A stretch of 63,309 nt of DNA, counting the filler, from Phoronis australis (lineage: Eukaryota; Animalia; Phoronida): the NCBI GenBank assembly GCA_002633005.1. It is 6 parts of 6 records of this genome, joined end to end, with 100 filler letters (N's around TTAATTAATTAA, not from the genome) between each part and the next. Parts side by side here need not be neighbours in the genome. Positions count along the whole stretch, not along the records: positions 13,147 to 40,261 come from NMRA01000695.1; 5 more parts are not named here. One strand, written 5' to 3'. Position 1 is the first letter of the stretch. The number at the start of each line of letters is the position of its first letter. The translations under genes and the position numbers were made by a program. Of the stretch, positions 25,601-36,987 are shown in pieces. The notes under the pieces are model-generated. The model saw nothing but the letters and a program-made list of their open reading frames with translations, was not told the origin of the DNA and ran no database searches.

Positions 25601-28600
25601 TATGTCCAAGTGCCGAGATTAGCTAAACTTAAGTCAAATTTCATGACAATGTTCAAGTTTGAAATAGGCGAGTTTTCACTTTTTATAAAATACAATGGTT
25701 TGTGATATCAAAAAATGTCGATGGAAGTAAAATTTCTCCCGCCTCAAAGTGGTCACTGAAGTAGTTTTTAAGTCTCCTGTGGCTTACGGCCTATTAGCAT
25801 GGCGACCACTTTCCTCGAAGTACAAGTACTTGGCACTTTCCAAAAATATGTGAAGAACGCAAGTGTTAAATGTTCAAAGTCTCTTGATATGAATGTCATG
25901 TTTTACAGTTTGTGCACGTTCATGTCGACATAATCTATCAGACTGTGAAAAGGGGTTACTGCATAGGCAACATTTGCATATGCTGACATACACCGTACAC
26001 ATGTACGCTACACGGCAATGTGCAAGCGGGATTCATTTTCGATATGAGTCAATGCAACGCTTTTCATTCACCAGGAATACACGAGCAAAATGTGAACAAC
26101 TAGAGAATTATTTGTCCTCAAGATAAAATATTCATTCAACCTTTGCCAGTTTGCGTTTTTTTTCAAATCTGCGAGAGCTGCAACATTTTTGCGGCTGCAC
26201 GTATTGGTATGCTGTTGAATTTTGCAGCTATGCAACATCAGTGACACCTGGGACCACTCGTGGGACAGTGATCGCTCAGTGGAAGCGTTATCGTGGAACG
26301 AGACAATTATATTTTTCGAGGGCCGCTTGAGTATTAGCGCCAAGGTAGGATATCCTCGCCATCGCTATGATTTGTTGTTAAGGCCAGCTCGCTCGCAATC
26401 ACTGGCGACCAAAAAGTGTTTGATGTTTAGCGCTTTGCGGTATTTGGGCAGGTTTGCATGTAAAACACGAAAAGGGTGCTCATTGGAAAGTGCTCTGACG
26501 GACGACACTTGACAATTGCCGACTGAAAAGGGAAGTATGAAGACGAAGGTAGCGGCACCTTAGACAGCAACAACTGTGACACTTGCAGACGATATAATAT
26601 TTAGCAATTTAAAATTGAGACAGAACTGTCATATAACAAACAGTCCTGTTCCAGGTGTTACGATTAGGACCTGATTGCATGTTGAGTGTTATTTACATTG
26701 GTGCAACTGTATAATTACTTTAAACTATTTTCGGAAATTTTGATGATCGAACCGGCCAACGATGTCGAGTCGACATTGACCTACCTTGAGCTTTCAATGT
26801 CAGATGTCACTGTTGAAGTAGTGCGGAAGGTGAATACGGAAAACAGTATGTATTACACGGCCGTATTGCACTCGACTGATTCAACGTCTATGGGATACTT
26901 TACCCTATTGCTTGAGGGAATGATAGAAAGGTCAAAAGCCCACGTTCTTCTTGAACCCTAACACGGCCACTACACTGAAGCCTTCGAAACGCACCAGCGT
27001 CATACCTTAGTCATTATAATAGCTCGAGAACAAAAATCGAAGGGAGAAATGAATTGTGCATTTAAGTTGCCCATTACTCTAGACCTATTCACAAAGCAGG
27101 TTTCAGGAAGACCCGACAAAGGACGCAGGAGCAATGCTATTCATTACAGACAGAGCTTGGCTAGATCTGGCAACATGCCAAATTTCAACAAAAAATACTT
27201 CAAAGGACAGTGGAGCCAATCAAACATTCCAAAAATGGCCATCGCAGCGCTATCTTGAGTCTCTTTTCGATTAAAAACAACCGGCCAGGAGAAGCATGTT
27301 GAGTGGACAGACGGTGAAGTGCGAAAGAGCAAGTAAACAAACAAGCAAATGTTTTTCACGACTGAGCAACAAAACCGGCAAATTTCATTTCACATGTAAT
27401 AAATATCACTTGACGTAAAAACAGCATCAAATACCTTATTTTTGCACGAAAAAACTTGCATTTTTCTCAGGTGACACCTGCTCCCCATAACCTACAATAT
27501 AGCCAACTGTACACAAAAACAAATTCTCCTGATATTATGCTGCAGGCTCGCTATGTCGTAGACAACAACTTGGGTGGAATTGCGTTTTGGTTTCTCGATA
27601 TGGGAGACTTCAAAGCCTGCTCTACAGCAAGGCCCTATGCCAACCTCATCCGTGTAAAAGACGTTGTCGTGCCTGGTGAGTTATCGCCACGAGAATTTAT
27701 TAAAAACATCCATCGCTCAGCGCTAATTAGGTCAAGTCTAATTATATAATTAGAATAAATACTACTAGTGATGAATGTTTGTTTTCGGAACAACCAATGG
27801 TTTTAGCATGAGTAAATAAGAACACTTACTCGTGATATCATAAAAAGAAACAAACCTGTACATCCCAAAACATGTTTTTCCATAAAAGGCTTTTTAATTG
27901 AAAACTGGCTCGCTAGTGGCAGCTTACAAAGCAAGGCGACATTTTTCTGTCCGATTGCATTTGTCAAATCAAGTTCACACCTAGCCAAATTAAGTCAAGA
28001 TTATAGGTGCCAGTTTTCCTGCTTTGCACGCGCGCCATCGGATTATGGAGATTGAACAACACGTAGTTCGCAGTTAAAGAAAACCTTGTTGCTAGATAAA
28101 ATTTAATTTTGCCTTACATAAGGAAATGCCTCGTTTTTCGATCCTCCGTGAATTCGACGACATTTGTAAGTAATCTATCGTTTTCAACTTTTCTCAGATA
28201 GTTGCATCCTCACGTTTGAGCACAAAACGCGCCTGGCAGTTTTCAAAAGGATTATGGGTGGACGTAGGCCGTTACACAGTTCTTCCGACAGCCGTACGTT
28301 ATACAACTTAAGAGAACATGACGTCATCGAAATCTCTTGCGTGGAGGGCTATATTCCGTCATGCGCGGTCTACGGAGATTGCAAATTCACGTGCGACAGG
28401 GAAAATATTGATGTCACTCGTGTTTATTGTAAAGGTGTGCAAATGTGAAGTTACCAAAATAACTACCCTGTACATGTTATGAAGGGGGTTAACAGACGAA
28501 TAATAGAAACAATTTTATAACCTGAATAGCCAGTTGACTCACTCTATTGATTTGCTGGTTTTCCGGGATGCAGGTAGCGCCACCTTTCTATCCCACTGCG

Positions 28601-31600
28601 GGTACAATTGAAAATATGAGCAGTGTATTGGGCGAAAAACTTCAAAAACTTCTACAAACTTCAATGAAACTTGTTCTAGAGTGAATTCTTTGAGAGAATT
28701 TAGACTACAAAGTATTCCAGATTATAGGAATCTGGTAAAAGGTGGGTGTCTACCAGCCAAATTTCTTACAAATCTAATGTCTAAAGGCATCCTGAATTTC
28801 ATGCTTGTCAGAATAAATATTGATTAAGTAATTNCGCCGGGGAACCCTAGACCACCTTCTCAGTCTAAGCTTGTGCTGTGACTGTCATTTTGAGGAGTCC
28901 CGGAATTTGATAACCAGTTTGTTGCCCATTTTCATCATTGCACAAATCTGGATCTCACTATGCGAGACCCCTGTGAGCGACTGCTACCCCTTTATCTATA
29001 TCTAACTCGTAATAACGACAATAATTTCAGAAATCAAATGCAGAGTGCTGACTGGTCCCCACGTGAGCACCGTTGACGATGTCTTATCCAGATCAGTTAC
29101 GTACGGCGGAACGGTACTCTATCGGTGCGACAGAGGATGGGCGAGAAACCGCGTTGTTGATTTCGCATTGCCGTGTGACGAATCTTTTTTAGAAATTGAT
29201 TCAGACAACTTTGGATGCTTGGAAGGTAAAGCCTCGCTGTGAATATGATAGTTAATAATTTAGAATTAAAGTTTTGAATAACTGCATCTTCAGTTTTAAA
29301 GATTCCTGTGAGAAATTTTATTATGAAAAGTTCCGTTACCTTCCGTTCTGAAGTCGACCAGCTAAGTCAATGAGTTGCGGTGCTCTATTTTTGTGGGAAT
29401 TACAATTCCCCGTACGTTTTTCAAATTCACCCCAGCAATCAGTTATCATCCTTACCAAAGGTTAAACCAAAGAACAAAAAGCAAATTGTGGACAAAGAAA
29501 TTTTCAAAGTCCTTCAATTAGTTAATTTATAAAATGTTCATTTTCTGGAACCACTGTTTTAATTCAGTTGTGTGACATTGTTTCTATTTTTTTCAAGAAA
29601 CATGCAGCCTTTCTCTAAATAGAAGTCATGGTCTGACAGCTTTTGCTCTTAGAAATGACAAGTGGCAACTCGTTGATTTTGACAAAAAGATGGAGTTGTT
29701 CGACGGCGAAAAGTTATTAGTACGGTGTGAGCCGTCCTATTCACTCGCCCAACCTTGTCCCACTACCAACAGCACAAGAGAATGTGCGGACACGTGCAGT
29801 GGAGGGTCATTGACGCTGGACTATAATAAAACTGTCTGCGAAGGTTTGTTTAATTCATTCCGTGTATTACACGTGCACTTTTTCTCACATTAATAATACA
29901 CGTGAAACCGCTTCGATACACAACACGAAACGAGCTCTGTCCGTTTCAGGCAGTTATAGAAGGCATAGTTGTTAGACGGTTAAGTCTCCCAATAATTGCC
30001 TACACTTTTGCCACGCCATGAATATGTTCTTGCTTTACCTTCACAATAGGCAACACTTTAACAATGATAGACTCCAATGCATACAGTATACGCACCTCGT
30101 GCAAACGTCAACAGTACTGTCTAGAATGCAGTTTATATCCAGCAAACTACATCCTGTCCGTTAATTTAAAAAAAAAATTGTATAACTGTATTTTAGTCTG
30201 GTGGTGTCAGCCGCGATTATAGGAAACCACATGCTGCAATTGGGGAGACGGAGCGACAGCAGGGGGTGCTGTGCAATAATTTTAATAACTCACCAGTCTG
30301 AAAATACTGTACTTACTTATAAACAGGTCACGTGTCTACCTTCTGGTGGGACTGTAATTCATCCATTTTTTCTGTTATACACTTTGTTCGTAAAACAGAA
30401 ATCCCTAACGGACTACATGTCTACATTTTATTGTGACTGTAGAGTGTGGTCAAAGATTCCTTCAAACGCATTGTGTGAAGTTTCAGCTACATGCGTCTTA
30501 GTGATGAAAAAGCAGCGACGTTTACATTTCCTGGAGTTCCCCTGAATCGCTGTTGTTGGACATGTCAAATGTACCGTTTCAACCCTCTAGGATTGCTCTG
30601 TGTCCTAACGGGCGGTGAGAATGCCTTTCCTTCAACCCGAGCTGTAGGCGACCACATTCGAGTGAAGGAAACTGTCGAGTATGCTTGCAGTCATCGATGG
30701 TCCCGCAAGGGTGAAAGGTTCTTCACAGTCACGTGTGTTTACTTGGACAATAATCGCACAAGTTTATATCCGAACGACATAGAATGCCGAGACGGTACTA
30801 CCATTTTCAGTGATATTTTGTTTTAATTTGAGCCGACGTTTAAATTCAACAATTACATCCTAAAATACCGCAGCGCACTCCTTGATTCTGTAGTATAATC
30901 ACACAAGTCTGTGCGTATGTAGGGTACATGCACCACGTTATTTGTCTACTTCACAAATTGCAACTTTACGATTTCTGGGTCAGTTTTGAAGCTTAAAAAA
31001 ACGAACAGTGGCTATTTGTTGTACAATAAATACGAATTCACCCAATGGTAACACAAAAACGGGTAGAACGAGCGTTTCAGTGAAGCCAGGCAAGGTTAAT
31101 TTGTTACACGAGACAACCAAAGCAAGAGAGGAAGTCCACGCTCAGCATGCTGTTGTATTGCAAGTTCGCAGCAGAAAATGTGTACAGTTGAGGTGTTCAC
31201 AAGCTCAACTAAACCAGGGTAGCTGCGTTCATCGGGTGGGTCTCCAAAGTTCGCGATATTCACCTATCATAGAATCCGTTTCAGTTCTGGCCAAATCTTT
31301 GCAAAATCTCAACAGGCGTTACACTATACATGTCGAAATCGCGACAATTACAGCGTAGGTCCATCCATAAGTAAATAACAACAAGGCGCCATAACGTCCA
31401 TTAACTTTTTTAACAGAACGCTATACCATTGCGACAAAAGATCAACTCAAGTGCCAAATAACTCTAACATTAACAGGCCTGTTATCCAAGTTTGGCAGAG
31501 TTCTGCAGAAGTATGCCTAATTTATTTTTAAAAACTACTGTGCTTTGTCGTCTTGTACTAGAAAATCATTCATTCTAGATTTTTTTGTAGAATCATCCCT

Positions 31601-33820
31601 CTCCGAATGCGAGGTCTCCATTCGCAAACAACCGGGATTGCAAGTGTTCCAAGGCTTCATGGGGCAGTGGACTGAACTGTCATTAAGTTCTACCGTAAAG
31701 TATTCTATTGTCGTGCACCGGGTGCAACAGTTTGATGACATCATGTTTAAATGCCAACCTGGTTATAAAAATATCATTCCGTGCATGTCGACCAAAGATC
31801 ACCAGCCATTCTGCACGTTGGGATGCATTGGAACCGAGATTAACTTGGACATCGACATTTGTAGAGGTAAAGTAACACCCATCATGTTATGGGATGAGGT
31901 TATCATCGCATCTGCAAATACAACCTCACAAAGTTATCATGTTGTTTTTCGACGTTTAGAATCTTGGAAGGAGTGATATAGTGAAAAGTGCATTGTCCAT
32001 CGTTATAATCAGCGGCAACATTAATTATTTTATTTCAAATGGTTGTTTAGCATATTTTATGCAAGTCCAGATAGAGCGCGCAGGTATCCTTATCGATTTC
32101 TCTGACACCTCATTTCGAAACTGGTGTGTTTTAATGATTCCTAAACCAGTTCGTGTACACATTCTTCCTGAAAGTTTCGACTTTAATTTAAGCTTAGTGT
32201 ATCTCTGTCAGATCAGCCTCCCGTTCAGTAACGCTAGGACCTCGCTAAAAAGCAAGACTTCGCGATATTACGTGAGATATTGCCGTGCTTTTAAAATAAG
32301 AACACGTGACTTTGCCTAGGTTTGAGCTAGGTCCTAGCGTAGGTCCTAGCGTCTACTGAACGCACGCCTGGTATGCTCTTTCGCAGCGACCACGTGTGGG
32401 GTGGTACCTCTTATCCACCCAAGGTATGATGCATAGAGCAATTCATTGAATGTGCTTGTATGAAAATTGGCAATACAGTTCCAATGTCTACTGATTAAGT
32501 TCGACATTTTAGTCAGCCACTGTCTGGTAAAAGTTCAGAGTGGTGCACGTTACAAATGGGTGGCGAGAAGCTCCGCCAACGAGACTGTTCCATTAGACGC
32601 GGAAGTCACGTGGACTTGTAACGTGGGATATGTGTGGCCTGACCACGTGGTGCAGAAAACAACTACCTGTAGTTCAGATGGCTTACTCCATCCGCAGCCC
32701 TGCCAACCGTTACCAGGTAATTTTTCAGCCTTTTGGTTGACCCTGTTGCACCAAAGTTAGGCAAAGTCAAGGATGATATGCATCCGGAGTGTAAATGTTC
32801 ACTGCTAATATATTTACATGTAGTAATATTATGTCATCATTTTTAACTGTCAAACCACAATAGCGTGACATTGAAAACTATACCATGAATTTTGATATAG
32901 TACTTCTACGAACAAACGAAACCTGATTGGTGCAGGAAAGCATCCCTAAGTGTCACTAAAGTTATCAGTTTTGATCCTAAGAAGAACTGTTGAAATGCAG
33001 TAGTTTGAAAGTATACTGGAAAACGTCGAAATTTGGCAAACTTTTGGCGCGCAAAATCGCGACTAAATACATATTCCTTTTCGAAAAGTTTTTCAATTCT
33101 GGCTAAATAGCAACGGATTTGATCCATGCACGTTGTGGAAATAGCGACAAAATAATGCTCCAATCTGTCCATTTGTAAACAACTATTAGCTACGCTCAAT
33201 ACACACGTTTACTTAACCTCCGACGAAAGTTCAACAAAAACGTTACTTTATCGTGAAAAAAAAGTTGGCTAAACCGCCAGATAAATCAGGAAAAAAGTTT
33301 CTCCAGGTTTGGTAGAGTCTTGCTGAGCTCTTTCGAAGTCTCTCTTGTTCATTTTAAAAACTATAATAGTATTTCACTCGTTATTGACGGCTTCACTGGA
33401 AGTCTTTATAGTTGCTCAACTACCCAAAAAGTGCGTCCAAGCTGGTTTTTGAACTGCATGGCCTATTATGACATTGTGGTCAGCAGTAGGTTTTCAAAGG
33501 AGCCCCACCTACCTCAGGTTATTAGTAAGGGAAGCAGGAGTACTCTGTAGGGGTCAGGTATGTTTAGAGTAGACCACGAGTAGACCATACAATTAACAGT
33601 TTCAGATGGACGCAAAACCACTAAGGTCACAGAGACAGTGACATCACCTTACCGAAGTAATTTAAATCATTCATCAGTCAACGTGGAAAAGGCTAAAGCG
33701 AAAGGCATCTCGTCCGCAACACCAGTTGCTAGCACTGCCACGGCTGTACTTCTTACCATCGTGACAAACATTGCTCTGTTGAGCCATTGGATGATCGTGC
33801 TACCATGTTATCCTGTATAA
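13597..33820 (+). CDS. Catalytically inactive GH18 chitinase-like protein with six Sushi/CCP-like modules and a GPI-like tail; 16 exons, about 870 aa
   Basis: Exons 13597-13609, 14871-14927, 18550-18711, 20278-20498, 22501-22610 (or duplicate 24369-24478), 24699-24795, 25240-25368, 26228-26344, 27546-27675, 28198-28434, 29031-29225, 29598-29843, 30591-30794, 31591-31866, 32513-32716, 33606-33820. All introns are GT-AG, phases are consistent, and the total is 2613 nt with no internal stop. GH18 landmarks appear in order: RVCY, DPYLCTHL, LKNENPELR, PPYKLVVTVPLYG, SISAK, NLGGIAFWFLD. Confidence 0.85.
14005..14136. mobile_element. Small MITE, possibly PIF/Harbinger-type
   Basis: Inverted ends GGGCCCAGTTGCATAAA / TTTATGCAACTCAGCCC. 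Confidence 0.55.
14871..14927 (+). CDS. GH18-like exon 2 (signal peptide)
   Basis: TTTTCACAG|AAGCC...TTCG|GTAGGT; encodes KAMTLLLSVASPVHGNLMF, phase 1-1. Confidence 0.62.
15426..17480 (-). mobile_element. Decayed, 5'-truncated non-LTR retrotransposon (CR1-group LINE, ORF2/RT) in intron 2 of the GH18-like gene
   Basis: Frameshifted fragments in order: NKSPGEDGIPVEFYK, GVRQGCILSPWLF, LFFADDL, LTYGAEIWG and C-terminal CGICC..EDEPHF..CP. Confidence 0.92.
17760..18090. repeat. Degenerate (CAT/CAC)n low-complexity tract
   Basis: Imperfect trinucleotide repeats that generate His/Ile/Thr-rich ORFs in all frames. Confidence 0.75.
18550..18711 (+). CDS. GH18-like exon 3
   Basis: TATTTCAG|AG...T|GTAAGT; EVNRVCYVQI...KHVDPYLCTHLVF matches the GH18 N-terminal VCY and DPxLCTH motifs. 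Confidence 0.88.
20278..20498 (+). CDS. GH18-like exon 4 (degenerate catalytic region)
   Basis: CTGCAG|AT...ATG|GTAAG; YDIRPSVRLLKNENPELRFLWSMD...LLDILQRNDLSGLVFVANRSNEERLTNLIM. Confidence 0.85.
22501..22610 (+). CDS. GH18-like exon 5, copy A
   Basis: TTTCATCTAG|GAA...CG|GTAAGT; ETKAIFDDYAKLMGTRFTLAAQV. Confidence 0.7.
24369..24478 (+). CDS. GH18-like exon 5, copy B
   Basis: Identical to 22501-22610. Confidence 0.75.
24699..24795 (+). CDS. GH18-like exon 6
   Basis: CATTTTAG|A...ATT|GTGAGT; HIEFVVLETVKV...DYSI, at the position of GH18 YLDFINLMTYD. Confidence 0.8.
25240..25368 (+). CDS. GH18-like exon 7
   Basis: HTAVTAWTEVVPPYKLVVTVPLYGTKY...RQ|GTAAG. The AAG acceptor is weak, so the start is less certain. 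Confidence 0.8.
26228..26344 (+). CDS. GH18-like exon 8
   Basis: TTTTGCAG|CTA...AAG|GTAGG; LCNISDTWDHSWD...FFEGRLSISAK. Confidence 0.85.
27546..27675 (+). CDS. GH18-like exon 9 (end of barrel)
   Basis: ARYVVDNNLGGIAFWFLDMGDFKAC...; CTGCAG acceptor, GTGAGT donor. Confidence 0.92.
28198..28434 (+). CDS. Exon 10: 6-Cys Sushi-like module 1
   Basis: Phase 1-1; DSCILTF...ISCVEGYIPSCAVYGDCKFTC...VYCK. Confidence 0.85.
29031..29225 (+). CDS. Exon 11: 4-Cys Sushi-like module 2
   Basis: Phase 1-1; IKC...YGGTVLYRCDRGW...LPC...GCLE. Confidence 0.87.
29598..29843 (+). CDS. Exon 12: 6-Cys Sushi-like module 3
   Basis: Phase 1-1; ETCSL...DGEKLLVRCEPSY..QPC...ECADTCSGG...VCE. Confidence 0.85.
30591..30794 (+). 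CDS. Exon 13: 4-Cys Sushi-like module 4
   Basis: Phase 1-1; LLC...ETVEYACSHRW...TVTC...IECRD. Confidence 0.85.
31591..31866 (+). CDS. Exon 14: 6-Cys Sushi-like module 5
   Basis: Phase 1-1; SECEV...IMFKCQPGY..IPC...FCTLGC...ICR. Confidence 0.85.
32222..32362. mobile_element. About 140-bp MITE family with 21-bp TIR
   Basis: TIR CGTTCAGTAACGCTAGGACCT / AGGTCCTAGCGTCTACTGAACG. Other copies at 36859-36987 and 63166-63305; partial or degenerate copies near 6040-6110, 7260-7320, 20730-20780 and 50750-50865. Confidence 0.85.
32513..32716 (+). CDS. Exon 15: 4-Cys Sushi-like module 6
   Basis: Phase 1-1; SHC...DAEVTWTCNVGYVW...TTTCSSDG..PQPCQP. Confidence 0.88.
33606..33820 (+). CDS. Exon 16: Ser/Thr-rich linker and hydrophobic C-terminus
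   Basis: TTTTCAG|AT; DGRKTTKVTETVTS...GISSATPVASTATAVLLTIVTNIALLSHWMIVLPCYPV followed by a stop. Confidence 0.75.
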
Positions 33821-36800
33821 CACAGAAGATCAAAGTGAAGTGTTACGTGAACTACTTCATTCGAAGATTCTTTCTATTCCATCTTTGATAATGTTATCAC
33901 GCAAGTAATTGCACTCCCATACGTGACCAAAATTGATTTGAAACGTAGCACTTGCTCGGTTATTGAAACGGAAGATAGTCAGTTACAAGATATTAAATTC
34001 ATTAATTCCCGTTTGTCACATACCAGCCTTTCTGGTTCTACCTCTAAAATTTCGACAGTTACATTCGTAATGAGTCATCTGCTCAAATGTATAACATCTT
34101 TCCAAGCACCATAGTCCTTTCCTCAGTCATTTATGAATGTGGTCAACAATGGCCACCACAGCACCATCTTGCGTCCGATGTCAACCAAAACAGGAGGTTT
34201 TGAGTCATTTACAAAGCGCATATTATGCGCAAATTTTATGGATACTGCGTGAAAACAGAAAATTAGGACAAAGCAATAAAAGTGGAGAAATTTCGTTTCT
34301 TCTTGCAATAATAGCGCTGAAGACGACGATGCCGGATCCAACAGTGTTTTAAACGTGGATCGTAAAAGATGAAGTCAAAGTTGCATATACTGACAACGCC
34401 ACTGGCGTGAAACCACCGCCAAAACTGATAATGCGACAAACGGCGACAATCTTGTAACAAAATGCTTTCCACTCCGACTAGGCCAAGGACAATGCTATCG
34501 CAAACACCAAAGACAACACTGGAAACCTGAGGAATGATCAATCCATAAAAGAAAGGTAGTCAGAGATCTCGAATGACCCCAAAATGGTCAGTCGCAGTGA
34601 AGAATTAACAACTTAAATTAAACATTGAAAAATGGCCATCAGGTTGCCACCTTCAGTCCAATTCCAATCAACTGAAACTATTCCCGGGATAATGAGAGTT
34701 CATATGTTGCGAGCAAATTCAAGTCAGTCGAACGAAAAATATCGTACGTACCATGCAAATGATAGAACAGCCTAGAACTCTTGTTCGTCTACTCTGAGAC
34801 AACTACTGCATGCTTGCAACGTACGAGTGTTGGTCGTTAGTCACTGTGAAAATCTCCAGATGGTAAAGTCATAGATGGAAACGGATGCCACGTCTTGTAG
34901 CTTTCGATGAGAACTTTCCAGAAACCAAGTTTCAGAAGGACACAAGAGCTGTGGCACGAAACATCGATCAATAAAAGATGAGCCGTCATAAAATCACAAA
35001 TAATTCCAGAACAATAAGTCGCAGTGAGGAAAAGATGACACACTCCCACAAAGATCTCTCTACACAAAATTCAAACCAATCCCTAAAAAAAATCTGCAAA
35101 GCGAATCGAAGAACTGCCGTCAAAGCGACTCATTTAGTGTTCGCCGTGTTTCGACCAAAGGCAAAAGGCCTCAAACTATTAATGAGTCGCATGGTGTTTG
35201 AAATTTCTATGTCGATCGGTCAGTATTGCAAATAACAGGAAATCTATAGAACCCGTGACGTTCTTGACTTCTGAGACCAACGGTAAGTCGGGGCAAGAAA
35301 CTTGTTTTACACTTTTGTAGCACTTCAGGAGGTCTACTAACTTCAGAAAGATTTGTCAAAGAACGTCAGCGCTTTGGCATGAAAAGTCAATCAAAGAAAA
35401 TAGCAGTCTGGCATTGGAAAATAATGAATAACTCAACAACGGCAGGTCGTAGCGAGAAACGTATAATACAAACCATGAACTGTTGTTAAATCTTTTTATT
35501 CGCCACATAACTGGAAATCCTTTGTGGTTCGTTCTATTCTAATTTTGTACAAACTCAAGATAAGCCTTTGTCTATTACTCTGTTCGAGTACATATTGGAT
35601 TACGGAATTTCCTACTGTTTGGAACGTGCTATCCAACGTAATGTACATGTATCTCGCGAGAGCACAGCGGAACGTTCAGCTCTTGAAAAACCTGAAAATG
35701 TGAAGAGTATAATGGGCCAAAGACATCAAAAACCTTACACAAAGTTTATTGAAACAGATTCCAACGTCAATTTTCCACCTTTTACGACTACCGGAAGTGC
35801 AGCAGGCTACTTGATAAACTGTCAAATCAGCAGATTTTACTCCAAAGCCACTATTTTCATGCGATTACCAACAACTGAGTGACAGTGCATTCAGACTGAC
35901 AACACTTCCCAGATTCCAGAAATCAGTTGAAAAGTGTTTGTCGACCAGCCAGATTTTTCACAAATCCAAAGAGTTTGAAGGATACCTGAAGTTCCTTCGA
36001 AATTTCGACTTCCCGCTTCAAGTAGTAAAGATAAGGAACCTAATATTATCACTTTCTCACGTGATCACTTGTGGGCACCTAGGACGGAGGGGCATTTGGT
36101 GAAGTGGGCAAAAAGGTCCGCTTCAGAGAAACACAAACTCCGAAAAAGTAGAAAACGAGACAAAAAACAGGAACTACCTAAATTCGGCGAATGCACAAAT
36201 CATGGCTCTGAACGTACCCCGTGAAAGGTCCACATTTTCAAAAATTCGAGCCCCCATTTCCCCCGTTTTTAGGCTGGGTGCGCTCATAGGTCACACTAGC
36301 TTCCTTCGCGACATTCTTGCTCTCTACGGAACTTAGTCCATGTGTGCGTTTCGTGGAAACTGCGAAAATACAAGACTTCGAGAAATATCGCCATGTTTTA
36401 AAACCGAAGCGGGTGATTGCACTCGCTCCCTTTGCGAGATTCTTGCGTTTGAAGAACTCATCCCAGCAAGGTGACTGCTCATAGATTATGTTTGATCTTC
36501 TGGCGTACAAATTGCATGAAAATATTTCAGTAAGACCCTTGCACACTTGGAAATTACCGGCAATTCTTTGTTTGTTCATTAAAATATAATAAGTAGGGAA
36601 ACGGACCAGGTTTCAAACTGCACTTGAAATCGCACAGAACTCGGAAAACTAGAGCTCTCGTGCACGGGTGCTGTTGTGACATCCGTGATTGCACATTGCT
36701 TAATCCTACGTCAGTCGCCAATCGCCATTCACTCACTGATAGGGGTCCATTTATCTATCTAAGGTCACTTAATTGACCTCGCAAAAGGTTGAAGGCGTAT

Positions 36801-36858
36801 CCCAGTTATTTATATAAAAGTTCACCCGGCTCTGGATCATAGAAGGAATGCGGACGTG

Positions 36859-36987
36859 CGTTCAGTAACGCTAGAACCTAGCAAAAATCTAGCCAAATAA
36901 CACTTGTTCTCATTTGAAATACACGGCAGTATCTCACGTAACTCTCGCGAAGTCTTGCTTTTTAGTGAGGTCCTAGCGTTATTGAAG
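36859..36987. mobile_element. Copy of the 140-bp MITE family
   Basis: CGTTCAGTAACGCTAG...GAGGTCCTAGCGTTATTGAAG. Confidence 0.8.

Noticed and set aside
26686-26961. 91-aa ORF in intron 8 as an extra GH18 exon
   Set aside because: Exons 8 and 9 already join seamlessly (SISAK|ARYV), and the ORF has no GH18 similarity.
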